A stretch of 64,000 nucleotides of DNA from Candidatus Nomurabacteria bacterium (GCA_020639315.1 JACKGM010000001.1:18511-82510), one strand, 5' to 3'. Numbered from the stretch's first letter, positions 52,383 to 62,218 are shown. Notes: generated by a model not told the origin, from the letters alone. Made by a program: numbers and translations.

Positions 52383-52787
52383 CTAAGCAACTAGATCGTA
52401 GCTATCTGGATTATTAGAATCCTCAACCCTAGCTCTCCCCACCCCCAGAAGCCTGGCTACGAGCTCAGCGCGTACCTTAAAACGACCCCATTGTTCCTGA
52501 GTAAGCCCTTCTGGTATACCCACAGAATCTCCAAACATAGTTCTTAATACCTCAATGGTAAAGGGCCTACCATCCCCACCCTGAGAAGGTATTTCGACAG
52601 GTTGGCTACTTCCAGCTTTTCTTTCAGAGTTGTTGAATAATCTTCCTACGGTGGCTACAGAAAATCTATTACCCTTGAGTTTTTTTAATGGTTCCCCACT
52701 GTAAGGCAAGCCCCCTGGATTATAAGGGTCACGATTATATGATTCATTAGGTAGTTCTGGGCTGTGGTAATTATTCATTCCATCCAT
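52383..52787 (-). CDS. Hypothetical protein
   Basis: 134-aa ORF. No motif recognised. Confidence 0.5.
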   Translation of the reverse strand: MDGMNNYHSPELPNESYNRDPYNPGGLPYSGEPLKKLKGNRFSVATVGRLFNNSERKAGSSQPVEIPSQGGDGRPFTIEVLRTMFGDSVGIPEGLTQEQWGRFKVRAELVARLLGVGRARVEDSNNPDSYDLVA

Positions 52788-53236
52788 TTGGGGTTTTCTA
52801 CTTATAAAAATAATGAAGAAGTTCTCACCAGAATACCCCTACCAGTGAGAACAGTTTTGTTTGAACACTTTGTCTTGATAATATATATATCATAAATGTC
52901 ACAATATGTCAAACATAATGTCAATAGATAGGCTTTCTACCTCCTGCCGTCAGCCCTATTTGTCAATTCTATAATAATGCGTACTAAGCAGTGTATAAAA
53001 AGGTTCCCACATCCTCATAGCTTTTTTGTGGGTCAGAGTGTTAAGCTTGACCAAGCTATAGCAACTGCAATCACAAATATAGCAAGTTAAAAACAAAATC
53101 AGACATTTCTATCGATCGCAATTCCTGACTAGATTCCAGATTGTAACCCGCTCATGCTTGCATTTCAAATCATTTTTGCTAAGATGTAATCAATCCCCTC
53201 TATCTTTTATCAAAGTGAGGACAGCAGCAAAAACCT

Positions 53237-53542
53237 TTACTCCATTTTGTTATCTATGATTTGCTGCTTGTCCTCATCTTTGAGATTAATGCAACCTTCA
53301 CTCATCAATCTCTGTCGCTTAGTATTTGACCCACCCAGACGATTATACTGGCCCACCTGACCATTGGATCGAATTACTCGATGACAAGGCACATCTGGGT
53401 CAAAGTTTGCCTTCATAATACTACCGACTGACCGATAAGCTCTCGGGCTACCAGCCAATCTAGCCACTTCTTGATAGCTCAAAGTCTCTCCCGAAGGAAT
53501 CGATTTAACTACTGCCAATACCTTTGACTTAAATTTGGACAT
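53237..53542 (-). CDS. ogt: Methylated-DNA--protein-cysteine methyltransferase (DNA-binding/active-site domain only)
   Basis: SYQEVARLAGSPRAYRSVGSIMKAN...VPCHRVIRSNGQVGQY (PCHRV active site). Start placed at MSKFKSK. Confidence 0.85.
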   Translation of the reverse strand: MSKFKSKVLAVVKSIPSGETLSYQEVARLAGSPRAYRSVGSIMKANFDPDVPCHRVIRSNGQVGQYNRLGGSNTKRQRLMSEGCINLKDEDKQQIIDNKME

Positions 53543-54149
53543 ATAAACCATGCTGATTAATGTATCTAAGTACCCTAGGATCCAAATTATTCCTCCCAAA
53601 CTCCTCCAGATCTGCTCTGATCCTGGTAGAAGATACTTCTGGTATCCCTATCTCTGCTAGATTATACCGGATAGTACCTTGCTTGACACTATACTTGGTA
53701 TAACAATTATCGAGAAATTGCCTGACCTGATCTGCCCCATGACCACTACCCTCTCTAATAAAAACCTCAAACCTGATTAGCTCAATCAAATTCTGCCAAC
53801 TAGGCCAACTAGTCAGGCTGGCAAAGCTATCTGAACCAAGACAAAATACTAGATCGCTCTCACGGTATCCTCCAGCCCTCAGCTCTCTAACCGTATCAAT
53901 CGTATCAGTTGGGCCGACTCGATCTATCTCCATACTCGAAATCACCAATCTATCTGATAATCCAGACGTAGCAATTCCAATCATCGCCAGCCGATGCTCA
54001 CTATTACTGGCCATACGCCCTTTGTGCAAAGGTAAACCAGTCGGCATGACGATCACCCGATCGTAATCCTGACCCAATAAATAGTGGATGATTTTTTGAT
54101 GCCCGATATGAATTGGGTCAAAACTACCACCATAAATCGCTACTTTCAT
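53529..54149 (-). CDS. nadD: Nicotinate-nucleotide adenylyltransferase
   Basis: MKVAIYGGSFDPIHIGHQKII (the (H/T)xGH motif) and C-terminal SSTRIR. Start at rc ATG 54147-54149. Confidence 0.88.
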   Translation of the reverse strand: MKVAIYGGSFDPIHIGHQKIIHYLLGQDYDRVIVMPTGLPLHKGRMASNSEHRLAMIGIATSGLSDRLVISSMEIDRVGPTDTIDTVRELRAGGYRESDLVFCLGSDSFASLTSWPSWQNLIELIRFEVFIREGSGHGADQVRQFLDNCYTKYSVKQGTIRYNLAEIGIPEVSSTRIRADLEEFGRNNLDPRVLRYINQHGLYVQI

Positions 54150-54156
54150 AGATCCT

Positions 54157-55995
54157 CTATTCCACCGTGACTGATTTGGCCAAATTGCGTGGCTGATCGA
54201 CATCCCTACCCAAATCTACAGCTACATAGTAAGCGATTAGCTGAGAAACAACATTAAAAATTAGTCCCTGAGTCCAGTCACTGACTCGTTTGACCCTAAT
54301 CACATCGATTGTGCCCCGTGCTAAATCTTGCTCCTCACTATCGGTAACGACTAGGATATTACTAGTCCTGGCCTTGACTTCGGCTAGATTGGACTTCGCC
54401 TTGTCGTACAAAAAATTATTAGACAAAAAGAACACTACCAGCAAATCATCACCCAGTAAGGCATTTGCCCCGTGCTTCATCTCTCCGGCGGGATAAGCTT
54501 CCGCCTGAATATAGCTTACCTCTTTGAGCTTATGCGAACCTTCAATCGCGATTGGGTAGAGACTATCACGACCGAGATACATCATATGTCCAAACTTAGC
54601 AATCTTACTAGCAAGAAGTTTGATCTCTTGATCCAGACTTAGTACTCCCTCAATATCATTAGCCAGACTACCCAAGGCCTGAATCACCTCCATCGAACGC
54701 TCGATCGAGAGCTGACGATATCTACCTATCTCCAGACCTAGTAAAAGTGTAGCAATCGACATCGAGCTAAAGGCTTTGGTCGAAGCTACCGATATCTCAG
54801 GTCCCGCATGGAGATAAATCCCCCCGTCAACTTCTCTAGCAATTGTTGACCCAGCAGTATTAATAATACCCAGTGTCAACATACCCCTACGCTTCATTTC
54901 ACGCAGTGAAGCTAAGCTATCAGCAGTCTCCCCAGACTGGGAATAGACTACTCCAAGCGTATTTTTACTAGTAGCTGGGTCACGATAGCGAAACTCTGAG
55001 GCCATTTCGACATCTACTGGTATATTGAGCATTTTCTCAAGCAAATATTTACCGAGCAAACCTGCATAGTAGGCAGTCCCACAGGCTACTATCAAAATCC
55101 TATCTATTTTCCTAAAATAATCATCTGGAAGATTCAACCCCCCAAGGTGCGAGCTGAAGTTTTGTTTGTCTATTCTACCCCTCAAGACATTGATTACAGC
55201 TTCGGGTTGCTCCATGATCTCTTTGATCAAAAAGTGATCATAGCCAGATTTCTGGATCTGACCAGGATCAAGCTCGATAGTCTCTGGAGTGACATCACGA
55301 AGATTGTGATCAAAATCATATACCTGATAGCTACCAGCCCCTAATACTGCATACTCTTTGTCCTCGAGATAAATTATTCGATCGGTATAGCTAATAATCG
55401 CCATTGGATCACTTGCGATATAAGTGGCATGATCTGACAAGCCTATTAGCAGTGGACTGGCTTGTCTAGCTACAATCAGCTGATCGGGTTGATCTTCGGC
55501 AATAATTGCTAGCCCATAAGCCCCCTTGAGTCTAGTAAGTGCTTGCCTGACCGCCCCTACGAAATCAAGATCGGATTGCTGGTAATAATAATTGATCAAT
55601 TGTGCCACTACTTCACTATCGGTCTCAGAGCTAAACTCACAGCCGAGCTCAATCAATTCTTGTTTGAGCTCTTGATAGTTTTCAATAATCCCATTGTGAA
55701 CTATTGAGATCTTACCTACCGTATGCGGGTGAGCATTGATTTCACTAGGATCACCATGAGTAGCCCAACGAGTATGCCCAATCCCAAGCTTGGTCGATTC
55801 CAAACTCTGACCGAGCTTATCCTCTAGGCTAGCGATCTTACCCTTTGAACGAACAGTCTTGATCTGATTACCCGCCATAAATGCTATCCCGGCTGAGTCA
55901 TACCCTCGATACTCCATCCGCTTGAGTCCTAAGACTAGTGCCTCGATATTGTTTGGGCTAGACTTACTAGCTATTAGTCCAATAATTCCACACAT
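54157..55995 (-). CDS. glmS: Glutamine--fructose-6-phosphate aminotransferase
   Basis: MCGIIGLIA N-terminal nucleophile, two SIS domains and a C-terminal ...RNLAKSVTVE. GGGGA lies 5 nt upstream of the ATG. Confidence 0.93.
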   Translation of the reverse strand: MCGIIGLIASKSSPNNIEALVLGLKRMEYRGYDSAGIAFMAGNQIKTVRSKGKIASLEDKLGQSLESTKLGIGHTRWATHGDPSEINAHPHTVGKISIVHNGIIENYQELKQELIELGCEFSSETDSEVVAQLINYYYQQSDLDFVGAVRQALTRLKGAYGLAIIAEDQPDQLIVARQASPLLIGLSDHATYIASDPMAIISYTDRIIYLEDKEYAVLGAGSYQVYDFDHNLRDVTPETIELDPGQIQKSGYDHFLIKEIMEQPEAVINVLRGRIDKQNFSSHLGGLNLPDDYFRKIDRILIVACGTAYYAGLLGKYLLEKMLNIPVDVEMASEFRYRDPATSKNTLGVVYSQSGETADSLASLREMKRRGMLTLGIINTAGSTIAREVDGGIYLHAGPEISVASTKAFSSMSIATLLLGLEIGRYRQLSIERSMEVIQALGSLANDIEGVLSLDQEIKLLASKIAKFGHMMYLGRDSLYPIAIEGSHKLKEVSYIQAEAYPAGEMKHGANALLGDDLLVVFFLSNNFLYDKAKSNLAEVKARTSNILVVTDSEEQDLARGTIDVIRVKRVSDWTQGLIFNVVSQLIAYYVAVDLGRDVDQPRNLAKSVTVE

Positions 55996-56101
55996 ACTTT
56001 CCCCTAGTGTTAATGTCTTATGAGTTTTTATTATATCGCACACTGCTAATATATCCCAATAAACCTGGCCCAGCAACAAACTTGCCCTCTAGCCAAACTG
56101 T

Positions 56102-56161
56102 GGCGAACTGTTCGCGGTTTTTGCCACTTTACCAGATTGGAGATGTCGCGAACTGTTCGCG
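56102..56161 (-). repeat. Twin-palindrome module, type E
   Basis: GGCGAACTGTTCGCG at 56102-56116 and CGCGAACTGTTCGCG at 56147-56161 (45-bp period). The spacer is GTTTTTGCCACTTTACCAGATTGGAGATGT. It lies upstream of glmS. Confidence 0.9.
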
Positions 56162-56171
56162 ACAATACGTC

Positions 56172-57299
56172 TCAAATCACCAAGTCCTTAGGGGACTTGG
56201 CTAAATTGATTGAACCCTGCTCAGTCACTACTAAGGTATCCTCGATCCTTACTCCCCCGACTACCCCCAGAGTATTGGCCTTGGGATCGGTATAGTATAG
56301 TCCCGGCTCAATCGTAATCACTTGATTTTGCCACAGCACTTCACCCGGAGTAGGGTTTGGCTGCTCGTGGATATCTAGACCAACTCCATGACCTAAGCCA
56401 TGGAAATAACCTTGCTGATGACCGTCTTGACCCAACTTCGTTTCAAAGCCCTGCTTGACAAACTTTTTCCTAATCGCTTGGTCGATCTCATAGTAGCTTG
56501 CCCGTTGCTTGACCTTTTTTATTGCCTTGGTCTGGGCTTGGTAGACAGCATCATAAAGGGCCAGCTGGCCATCTGTAGCCTGCCCCCTGATCACTGTCCT
56601 ACTCATATCAGTATAGTATAAGCTCTCAATCGACCTCGGGAAGATATCAAACACGATAAATTGATTGGCTAAGATTGGCCCACTACCTTGACAGTGAGGG
56701 TCAGCGGTATCTAAACCTGATGATAGTATCATACCCTCTGGGTTATCATAGCCGAGCCTAGCTAGCTCGACTCGCAAAAGCTGTTTGACCATTTCACTGG
56801 TAACAATCTGATCCCCTCGATAAAGGTATTGGCCACGAATCTTAGCCTGACTAAGGAAATCGATCGCTTGGGCGTATACCAGATCGACCGCTACTTGTGC
56901 CTGACGAATATAGGCAATGTCTTGATCTGACTTAACCTCCCTCTGATCGAGGAAGCTATCATAAATTTTATCCAAAATAAGATCAGGAAACTCTTGTCTC
57001 AAATGCATATAGTATTGCAGATCGATTGACCCGTCTAGCCAGAGCTTGCCAATCTTATACTCCTTGAGGTACCCGATAATAGAACCAATCAGCCCAGATT
57101 GAGCTCCCTTATAAAAATCTACCACTAAATCTGCCTTGGAAGTAGCTTTCGCTATATCATACTCTAGAGGACTGATAAAAAGAACTTTTTTATCATCGTG
57201 AATCAACAACCCAAATGGGTCAGGTGAATCGAACCCTGATAAATAATAGAGGTTTGAATCCTGCCTAGATCGACCGATATAGAGATTTGCACTCTTCAT
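56172..57299 (-). CDS. Xaa-Pro aminopeptidase / M24 family peptidase
   Basis: 375 aa with M24 metal ligands in FDIFP...DMSRT...HGLGHGVGLDIHE...TIEPG...GGVRIEDT. Confidence 0.85.
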   Translation of the reverse strand: MKSANLYIGRSRQDSNLYYLSGFDSPDPFGLLIHDDKKVLFISPLEYDIAKATSKADLVVDFYKGAQSGLIGSIIGYLKEYKIGKLWLDGSIDLQYYMHLRQEFPDLILDKIYDSFLDQREVKSDQDIAYIRQAQVAVDLVYAQAIDFLSQAKIRGQYLYRGDQIVTSEMVKQLLRVELARLGYDNPEGMILSSGLDTADPHCQGSGPILANQFIVFDIFPRSIESLYYTDMSRTVIRGQATDGQLALYDAVYQAQTKAIKKVKQRASYYEIDQAIRKKFVKQGFETKLGQDGHQQGYFHGLGHGVGLDIHEQPNPTPGEVLWQNQVITIEPGLYYTDPKANTLGVVGGVRIEDTLVVTEQGSINLAKSPKDLVI

Positions 57300-57313
57300 A
57301 CTATATAACTATA

Positions 57314-57346
57314 CAACAAAAAACCGCCTAGTTGAGAGGCGGTTTC
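57314..57346 (-). terminator. Rho-independent terminator downstream of padR
   Basis: Minus strand reads AAACCGCCTCTCAACTAGGCGGTTTTTTGTTG, i.e. a stem AAACCGCCT/AGGCGGTTT followed by a T-run. Confidence 0.75.
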
Positions 57347-57396
57347 TAATTTAGTGGCTAGCATCTCTGGGCTAGCTAAAAGTATTGTAGAGCACG

Positions 57397-57774
57397 TTAG
57401 TTGAAGTTGATGGTTTTGTTAGTTTTGTTAGTTGAGCGCTTGAGATTTTTTGAAAGTAGCTGAACAGCTTGGTTCATCTCTTCCCAATTACTCTCAATAA
57501 AAGCGAGATATTGTCTGCCCTGTCTGGTCATCTCGTAATACTTACGGGGTGGACCAGCGCTTGACTCCTGCCACTTATGGGCAACAGCCTTGATCTTAAG
57601 AAGTCGTTTCAGGAGTGGATATAGCGTCCCTTCCGAAACTGTAATTCCTACAGACTCTAGCTTGTCAATGATCTCGTTTGCGTAGCTTTCCTTGGCTCCG
57701 ATCACTTGGAGGACACAGAGCTCAAGAGTACCTTTACGCATCTGTGCAAGATTACTTTGTATACTATCTTGCAT
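57397..57774 (-). CDS. PadR family transcriptional regulator
   Basis: MRKGTLELCVLQVIGAKESYANEIIDKL...SEGTLYPLLKRL...PPRKYYEMTRQG. Start likely MQDSIQS (57774), given TTGACG-18-TATGAT upstream. Confidence 0.85.
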   Translation of the reverse strand: MQDSIQSNLAQMRKGTLELCVLQVIGAKESYANEIIDKLESVGITVSEGTLYPLLKRLLKIKAVAHKWQESSAGPPRKYYEMTRQGRQYLAFIESNWEEMNQAVQLLSKNLKRSTNKTNKTINFN

Positions 57775-57945
57775 CACAAGTACAATCATATACCGAGCTA
57801 CCTTGTATCGTCAAGTACTTAGCATAAGTTTTATAGCAAAACTTGTGGATAACTTCTACCGTGTCGCAGAATAACTGTTCGGTATAGCCCCCTTCCCTTG
57901 TTCGGTACCGAACACTCTCCCTCCAAAAAATCACAAGCACTTCTG

Positions 57946-58005
57946 CAAGGGGTGCCCTTGAAAATCACTATGTCAACAGATATAAAATTGCAAGGGGTGC
58001 CCTTG
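57946..58005 (+). repeat. Twin-palindrome module, type D
   Basis: CAAGGGGTGCCCTTG at 57946-57960 and 57991-58005 (45-bp period), with core AACAGATATAAA. It lies between divergent padR and rsmI. Confidence 0.9.
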
Positions 58006-58008
58006 AAA

Positions 58009-58017
58009 TGGTAAAAT
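58009..58017 (+). promoter_or_regulatory. Extended -10 (TGGTAAAAT) 7 nt before the rsmI ATG, immediately after the second type-D palindrome
   Basis: CCCTTGAAA-TGGTAAAAT-TGGGGGT-ATG. Confidence 0.5.
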
Positions 58018-58024
58018 TGGGGGT

Positions 58025-58726
58025 ATGTTAGTTGTGATTCCGACCCCTCTAGGCAACCTAGAGGATATTAGTATTCGTCAGCTTAAAGCGATCTATCAAT
58101 CAGACTTGCTATTGGCTGAGGATACTAGGGTGGCAAAAAACTTAATCACAAAGCTAGCTAGGTATGCTACTCCTCTCGGGGTTGAGCTCAGCCAGCACCA
58201 AGAGGTTGTCTCATACTTTGAAGGCAATGAAAAAAGGAGGCTCAACCAGACACTGGAAGCACTGACGGATAATAAAATTGTTGGTCTGATCAGTGAGGCT
58301 GGTAGCCCAGCGATTAATGATCCTGGTCAAATCCTGATTCGTGAGGTAATTAGTAAAGAAATGGAAATAGATATCTTGCCAGGCCCAAGTGCAGTCACTA
58401 CATCACTCCTTTATCACCCCTATAAATTTAAGCAGTTTATGTTTATTGGTTTCTTACCCAAGGGTCAGGACCGGATCAAAAGAACACTAGATAAGCTAGC
58501 CGAGGTATCTGCTATTTTTAGGTACACAAACTTCGTCGCCTTTGAGTCACCCCATAGGGTTGCCAAAACGCTAGCGGCAATCCAGTCGACTGGACAATGG
58601 GATCTGACTCTTGCCAGAGAGCTCAGCAAACTTCACCAAGAAATCCTCCAATCAAATGCCGACCAGTCTATTCCTGATATCCAGTACAGGGGCGAGATTT
58701 GTCTGGTGCTCAGCCCTAGACACTAA
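58025..58726 (+). CDS. rsmI: 16S rRNA (cytidine1402-2'-O)-methyltransferase
   Basis: LVVIPTPLGNLEDISIRQLKAIYQSDLLLAEDTR and SEAGSPAINDPG. Confidence 0.88.
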   Translation: MLVVIPTPLGNLEDISIRQLKAIYQSDLLLAEDTRVAKNLITKLARYATPLGVELSQHQEVVSYFEGNEKRRLNQTLEALTDNKIVGLISEAGSPAINDPGQILIREVISKEMEIDILPGPSAVTTSLLYHPYKFKQFMFIGFLPKGQDRIKRTLDKLAEVSAIFRYTNFVAFESPHRVAKTLAAIQSTGQWDLTLARELSKLHQEILQSNADQSIPDIQYRGEICLVLSPRH

Positions 58727-59787
58727 TTAACAATCTGGGTGGGTTTTTTGATTGACTTCTTTACTCCATAATCAAAGGGTTTAATCTCAAGTCGATAATT
58801 CAATTCACTATAGGTGGTAGTAGCTTCAAAGGAGTTATTTTCGTTACTTGTATCATTGGTATCAATCGCCGAAACTGGAAGTTGGGAATCTCCCTCAAAT
58901 GCTACATCTGTCATATTCAAATCTAGTAATATATTATTAATCTTATGGTCATGGTCAACATAAACTACAGCTGCTGTATCCGGACTAAGCTTCATTGATT
59001 CAAAACTAAGTTTACTAAGATAGTTATCCTCGAAGCAATTGTCAATATCCCTAGATAGATTGACTAGATCGTTGCGTAATTTTGTCTCAAATTCATCACC
59101 AGAAATTGTAACTTTATACCTATCCAGTGACTCGCCATCAATAGTAACCGTACCTTGATTTGCCACACTGATTTGACTAGCCAAATCATCGAGGAATATC
59201 TGAAAGGTAAATTCTTTGACCATATTTCCATACTCGAGCAGTGAGCAATTGTAATCGTCTATATATGGATAGATATCACTTGCCTGATTACCATCAAGTG
59301 ATATCCACGAATCATCATCTGTATCCTGAGTAAAAATACTATTGCCAGCACCATCTTGGGCATAATTTATAAAATCTGCATTGGTTCTCAGGTAATACTT
59401 ATCACTGTAACGCAAAAGGTCAAGGTCAGCATAGCGTGAACTAACATTCATACTAAAGTCTGAGTTTGGATCAGAGTAAATGGTCGAATCAAATTCCAAT
59501 GGTTCTTGGCCAACAATATTGTCACCAATTGTCTGCTTGATATCTAGACTAAAAGGTTGATCAGCCCCAGGAAAAAGCTTCAAAGGATCGCTACTCTGAT
59601 CAAAAAGCATAACCCCACTGTCAAACAATATGCCACCCAGACTTCTGGTATATGTTTCTTCTGCCGACTTATTAGCAATCACACTCCCTGAGACCAGCCC
59701 AAGACCCACCAAGAATACTGCTAGCACGACAAACATCAAGCGCTTATTATTACTAACAATATGATTGAATCTACCCATTTTACACAA
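58723..59787 (-). CDS. Hypothetical secreted/membrane-anchored protein
   Basis: 354-aa ORF with an N-terminal TM/signal segment (LMFVVLAVFLVGLGLVSGSVIA). The protein is Asp/Asn/Ser-rich. No motif recognised. Confidence 0.6.
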   Translation of the reverse strand: MCKMGRFNHIVSNNKRLMFVVLAVFLVGLGLVSGSVIANKSAEETYTRSLGGILFDSGVMLFDQSSDPLKLFPGADQPFSLDIKQTIGDNIVGQEPLEFDSTIYSDPNSDFSMNVSSRYADLDLLRYSDKYYLRTNADFINYAQDGAGNSIFTQDTDDDSWISLDGNQASDIYPYIDDYNCSLLEYGNMVKEFTFQIFLDDLASQISVANQGTVTIDGESLDRYKVTISGDEFETKLRNDLVNLSRDIDNCFEDNYLSKLSFESMKLSPDTAAVVYVDHDHKINNILLDLNMTDVAFEGDSQLPVSAIDTNDTSNENNSFEATTTYSELNYRLEIKPFDYGVKKSIKKPTQIVN

Positions 59788-59820
59788 GCTCCTAATTTAC
59801 TTTTATTATATGCATAAATG

Positions 59821-61113
59821 TTACAGTTTAGTGAAAACAGTGCCAAGATCCTTATGGCTATCCACTACTGTCAAAATACTATTGGCGGGTTGAATATAAC
59901 GCTTGGCGGTAGCTAAAATACTGTCAATATCAAAATCCCGATAAATATTGATTACTTGGTCAGGACTCTGGAATTCCCTACCATAGACAAAATCATCTCG
60001 ATAAAATCTAGCTAAATCCTCTGGCAATTGAAAGCTTCTCTGCAAACTACCCAGTATAAACCCTTTAGCCCTGGCAAATTCATATTTATTGATATCCCCA
60101 TTGAGTAGCCTGTCTAGCTCTAAAATCATCAGCTGATAAAGATCTGGTAACTTTACAGCAATCGTCTCATCTGACAAAGTAAAGCTGGCATAATCCAAAG
60201 TCTGGCTATAACTACTAGAAGGACCGTAGCTAAGACCTGCACTCCTCGCTTTTTCAAATAGCCTCGAGGCAAATCCTCCATTGTAAATAATATTGAAAAA
60301 ATTCATTGGATAACGATCATCCAGACTATAATCTCGCAACAGATAATCCAATTCAAAATTGGCCTGTTGCTGACGGACTGATTTCAGATGATTAACTATT
60401 GCCTGATCTTGGCTACTACCATAGGCCTGCTCCAAGCTCAAAAGTGATCCTCCAGTCAGTCCAGCATTTTCAAAAGCTTTGCCAATCTGATCAATTTTGC
60501 TATCAAGGTCCACCACAGACAAATCCCCAGCCAAAATAATCATTGTATTAGCCGAAGTATGAGTCTTGTGGTAATACGCCAAAATATCCTCTCTAGATAT
60601 TTGCCTCATCTGACCAACTCTAGTCTTAAGCTCGGGCCACTTAAAAGGGCTAGACAACTGCAGATTGAGATATCCAGCTCGATAATTATCATCCTCCAGA
60701 TATCGCGACAATTCATTGTCTATCACTTCCTTCTCATTGTCGATATCAATCTGCCTAAACAATGGCTGGCAGTACTGTGCCAAAGCTAGATCAATAATAT
60801 CTTCAGTCTCACTACAGACTCCATCATAATAATATTTGATTAGATTGGTAGAAGTTGTAGCGTTTTGGTAAACCCCTCGCTTCTCAATCTCAAACATATA
60901 CTTTTCTTTCTCTGGGTACTGCTGGTTGCCATCAAATGCCAAATGTTCCAATAGATGGGGTAGCTCGAATTGATCAGACTTAGCGATCCGATACCCTCCT
61001 CGATTGATAACTTCTAGCTTGAAGGTTACAGCCCCCTTGACATCGATCAAGAGTAGCCTCAGACCATTATTAAGTTCCCTGACTTCAATCTTGTGTTTGA
61101 CTACCATTATCAT
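59821..61113 (-). CDS. M16 (pitrilysin/insulinase) family peptidase
   Basis: 430 aa with an inverted zinc motif HxxEH (LPHLLEHLAFDG). Confidence 0.7.
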   Translation of the reverse strand: MIMVVKHKIEVRELNNGLRLLLIDVKGAVTFKLEVINRGGYRIAKSDQFELPHLLEHLAFDGNQQYPEKEKYMFEIEKRGVYQNATTSTNLIKYYYDGVCSETEDIIDLALAQYCQPLFRQIDIDNEKEVIDNELSRYLEDDNYRAGYLNLQLSSPFKWPELKTRVGQMRQISREDILAYYHKTHTSANTMIILAGDLSVVDLDSKIDQIGKAFENAGLTGGSLLSLEQAYGSSQDQAIVNHLKSVRQQQANFELDYLLRDYSLDDRYPMNFFNIIYNGGFASRLFEKARSAGLSYGPSSSYSQTLDYASFTLSDETIAVKLPDLYQLMILELDRLLNGDINKYEFARAKGFILGSLQRSFQLPEDLARFYRDDFVYGREFQSPDQVINIYRDFDIDSILATAKRYIQPANSILTVVDSHKDLGTVFTKL

Positions 61114-62140
61114 TAATAATTATAGCACGGAATGCTTCCCAGACAGAATCTTCTCCTCTAGTCTTGAGGTAATACCACCACTCACCACCCCAAAGGTAAG
61201 CTTCCTTGATCCCAGTCTTTCCCAGATAACGCAATCTACTTCCCACTTCGTCCGAATCGATATATCCCAACTGCTGCTCAATCGTCATTTCAGATATTGG
61301 CTTATCGCCCCAGGGCTCAAGCTGAAACTCATGGACAAAGACCTCCCGCCTATCTACCAGTCCGACTAGCCCCGCCCTAATCGTATGCCAATAGCTTGGC
61401 AAAATAAACTGCCAACTATTGGTCCTACCAAACAAATCAAAATGTGCCTGAAAGTAAATCGAGAAACCGACCTGATCACCAATTGGTTTTCTAATCGGTA
61501 TCCCACTCTGATTGCTGACATTGATTCTGACTGGATGCTCCGGATCAATTGATTTGACTAAGTCATACTCAGCTTGGAGTCTAGTATTGCTCCGATCATA
61601 ATCACAATCCCCAAAGTGCTTATTACTATATTCGTTTTCCAGCTGGTAGGCACTAAGGGCAGGGTTATTTTGGTAACGCTCAACTACCCTAGAGATAAAC
61701 TGATCTAGTTTCTGATCCCTCTGATCGTAATCTAGACTACTGACCCAATCTGGTTGATGACATTCTGGCCAACGGGGTTGCCTGAGGCCGATTGCAAGAT
61801 CAATCTTAGCTCCAAATTTCTCGGCTTGTTCAAACTGCCAATCCAAATCAGCAAAATCATACTGATCCGGACTCTTTTCGATCAAGTCCCAATAGCTCAT
61901 CAATCGCAAATCTCGAAACCCCAAATCTTCTAATAATGCCAAATAGTTCTCTTGCCAATCTAAACCAAAGCCCTGACTTGCCTTGATCGAGAAACTGACC
62001 CCTAGTCGCCTGGCTTGATCCTTGCTCTGAGTTAAGTAGTACCTATCCACTAGTATCCCTACTGTTACCAGTAGTAAAATGACCGTGAATAATCCACCTA
62101 TATAATATAGACTACTTGATGGTGGTTTAAAATTTACCAT
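61085..62140 (-). CDS. Membrane-anchored clan GH-A-like glycoside hydrolase
   Basis: 351 aa with an N-terminal TM helix and a TIM-barrel-like pattern. A candidate acid/base is YQLENEYS; the family is unassigned. Confidence 0.45.
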   Translation of the reverse strand: MVNFKPPSSSLYYIGGLFTVILLLVTVGILVDRYYLTQSKDQARRLGVSFSIKASQGFGLDWQENYLALLEDLGFRDLRLMSYWDLIEKSPDQYDFADLDWQFEQAEKFGAKIDLAIGLRQPRWPECHQPDWVSSLDYDQRDQKLDQFISRVVERYQNNPALSAYQLENEYSNKHFGDCDYDRSNTRLQAEYDLVKSIDPEHPVRINVSNQSGIPIRKPIGDQVGFSIYFQAHFDLFGRTNSWQFILPSYWHTIRAGLVGLVDRREVFVHEFQLEPWGDKPISEMTIEQQLGYIDSDEVGSRLRYLGKTGIKEAYLWGGEWWYYLKTRGEDSVWEAFRAIIINDNGSQTQD

Positions 62141-62218
62141 TTATCATTTAGTAGCAACTGCCTGGATAAATATAGGGCTTTTGGGGGTTCCCAAAAAGTG
62201 CAAAATACTTAAATGCGA

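Noticed and set aside
55996-56171. glmS ribozyme in the glmS 5' region
   Set aside because: I could not find the conserved ribozyme core. The region is instead occupied by the type-E twin palindromes, a TATAAT about 39 nt upstream and a plain GGGGA Shine-Dalgarno sequence.
57844-57852. Perfect DnaA box TGTGGATAA (rc TTATCCACA) in the padR/rsmI intergenic region, a possible oriC
   Set aside because: It is a single occurrence (about 0.5 expected by chance in 64 kb on two strands). There is no cluster of boxes, no AT-rich unwinding element, and no dnaA/dnaN nearby.
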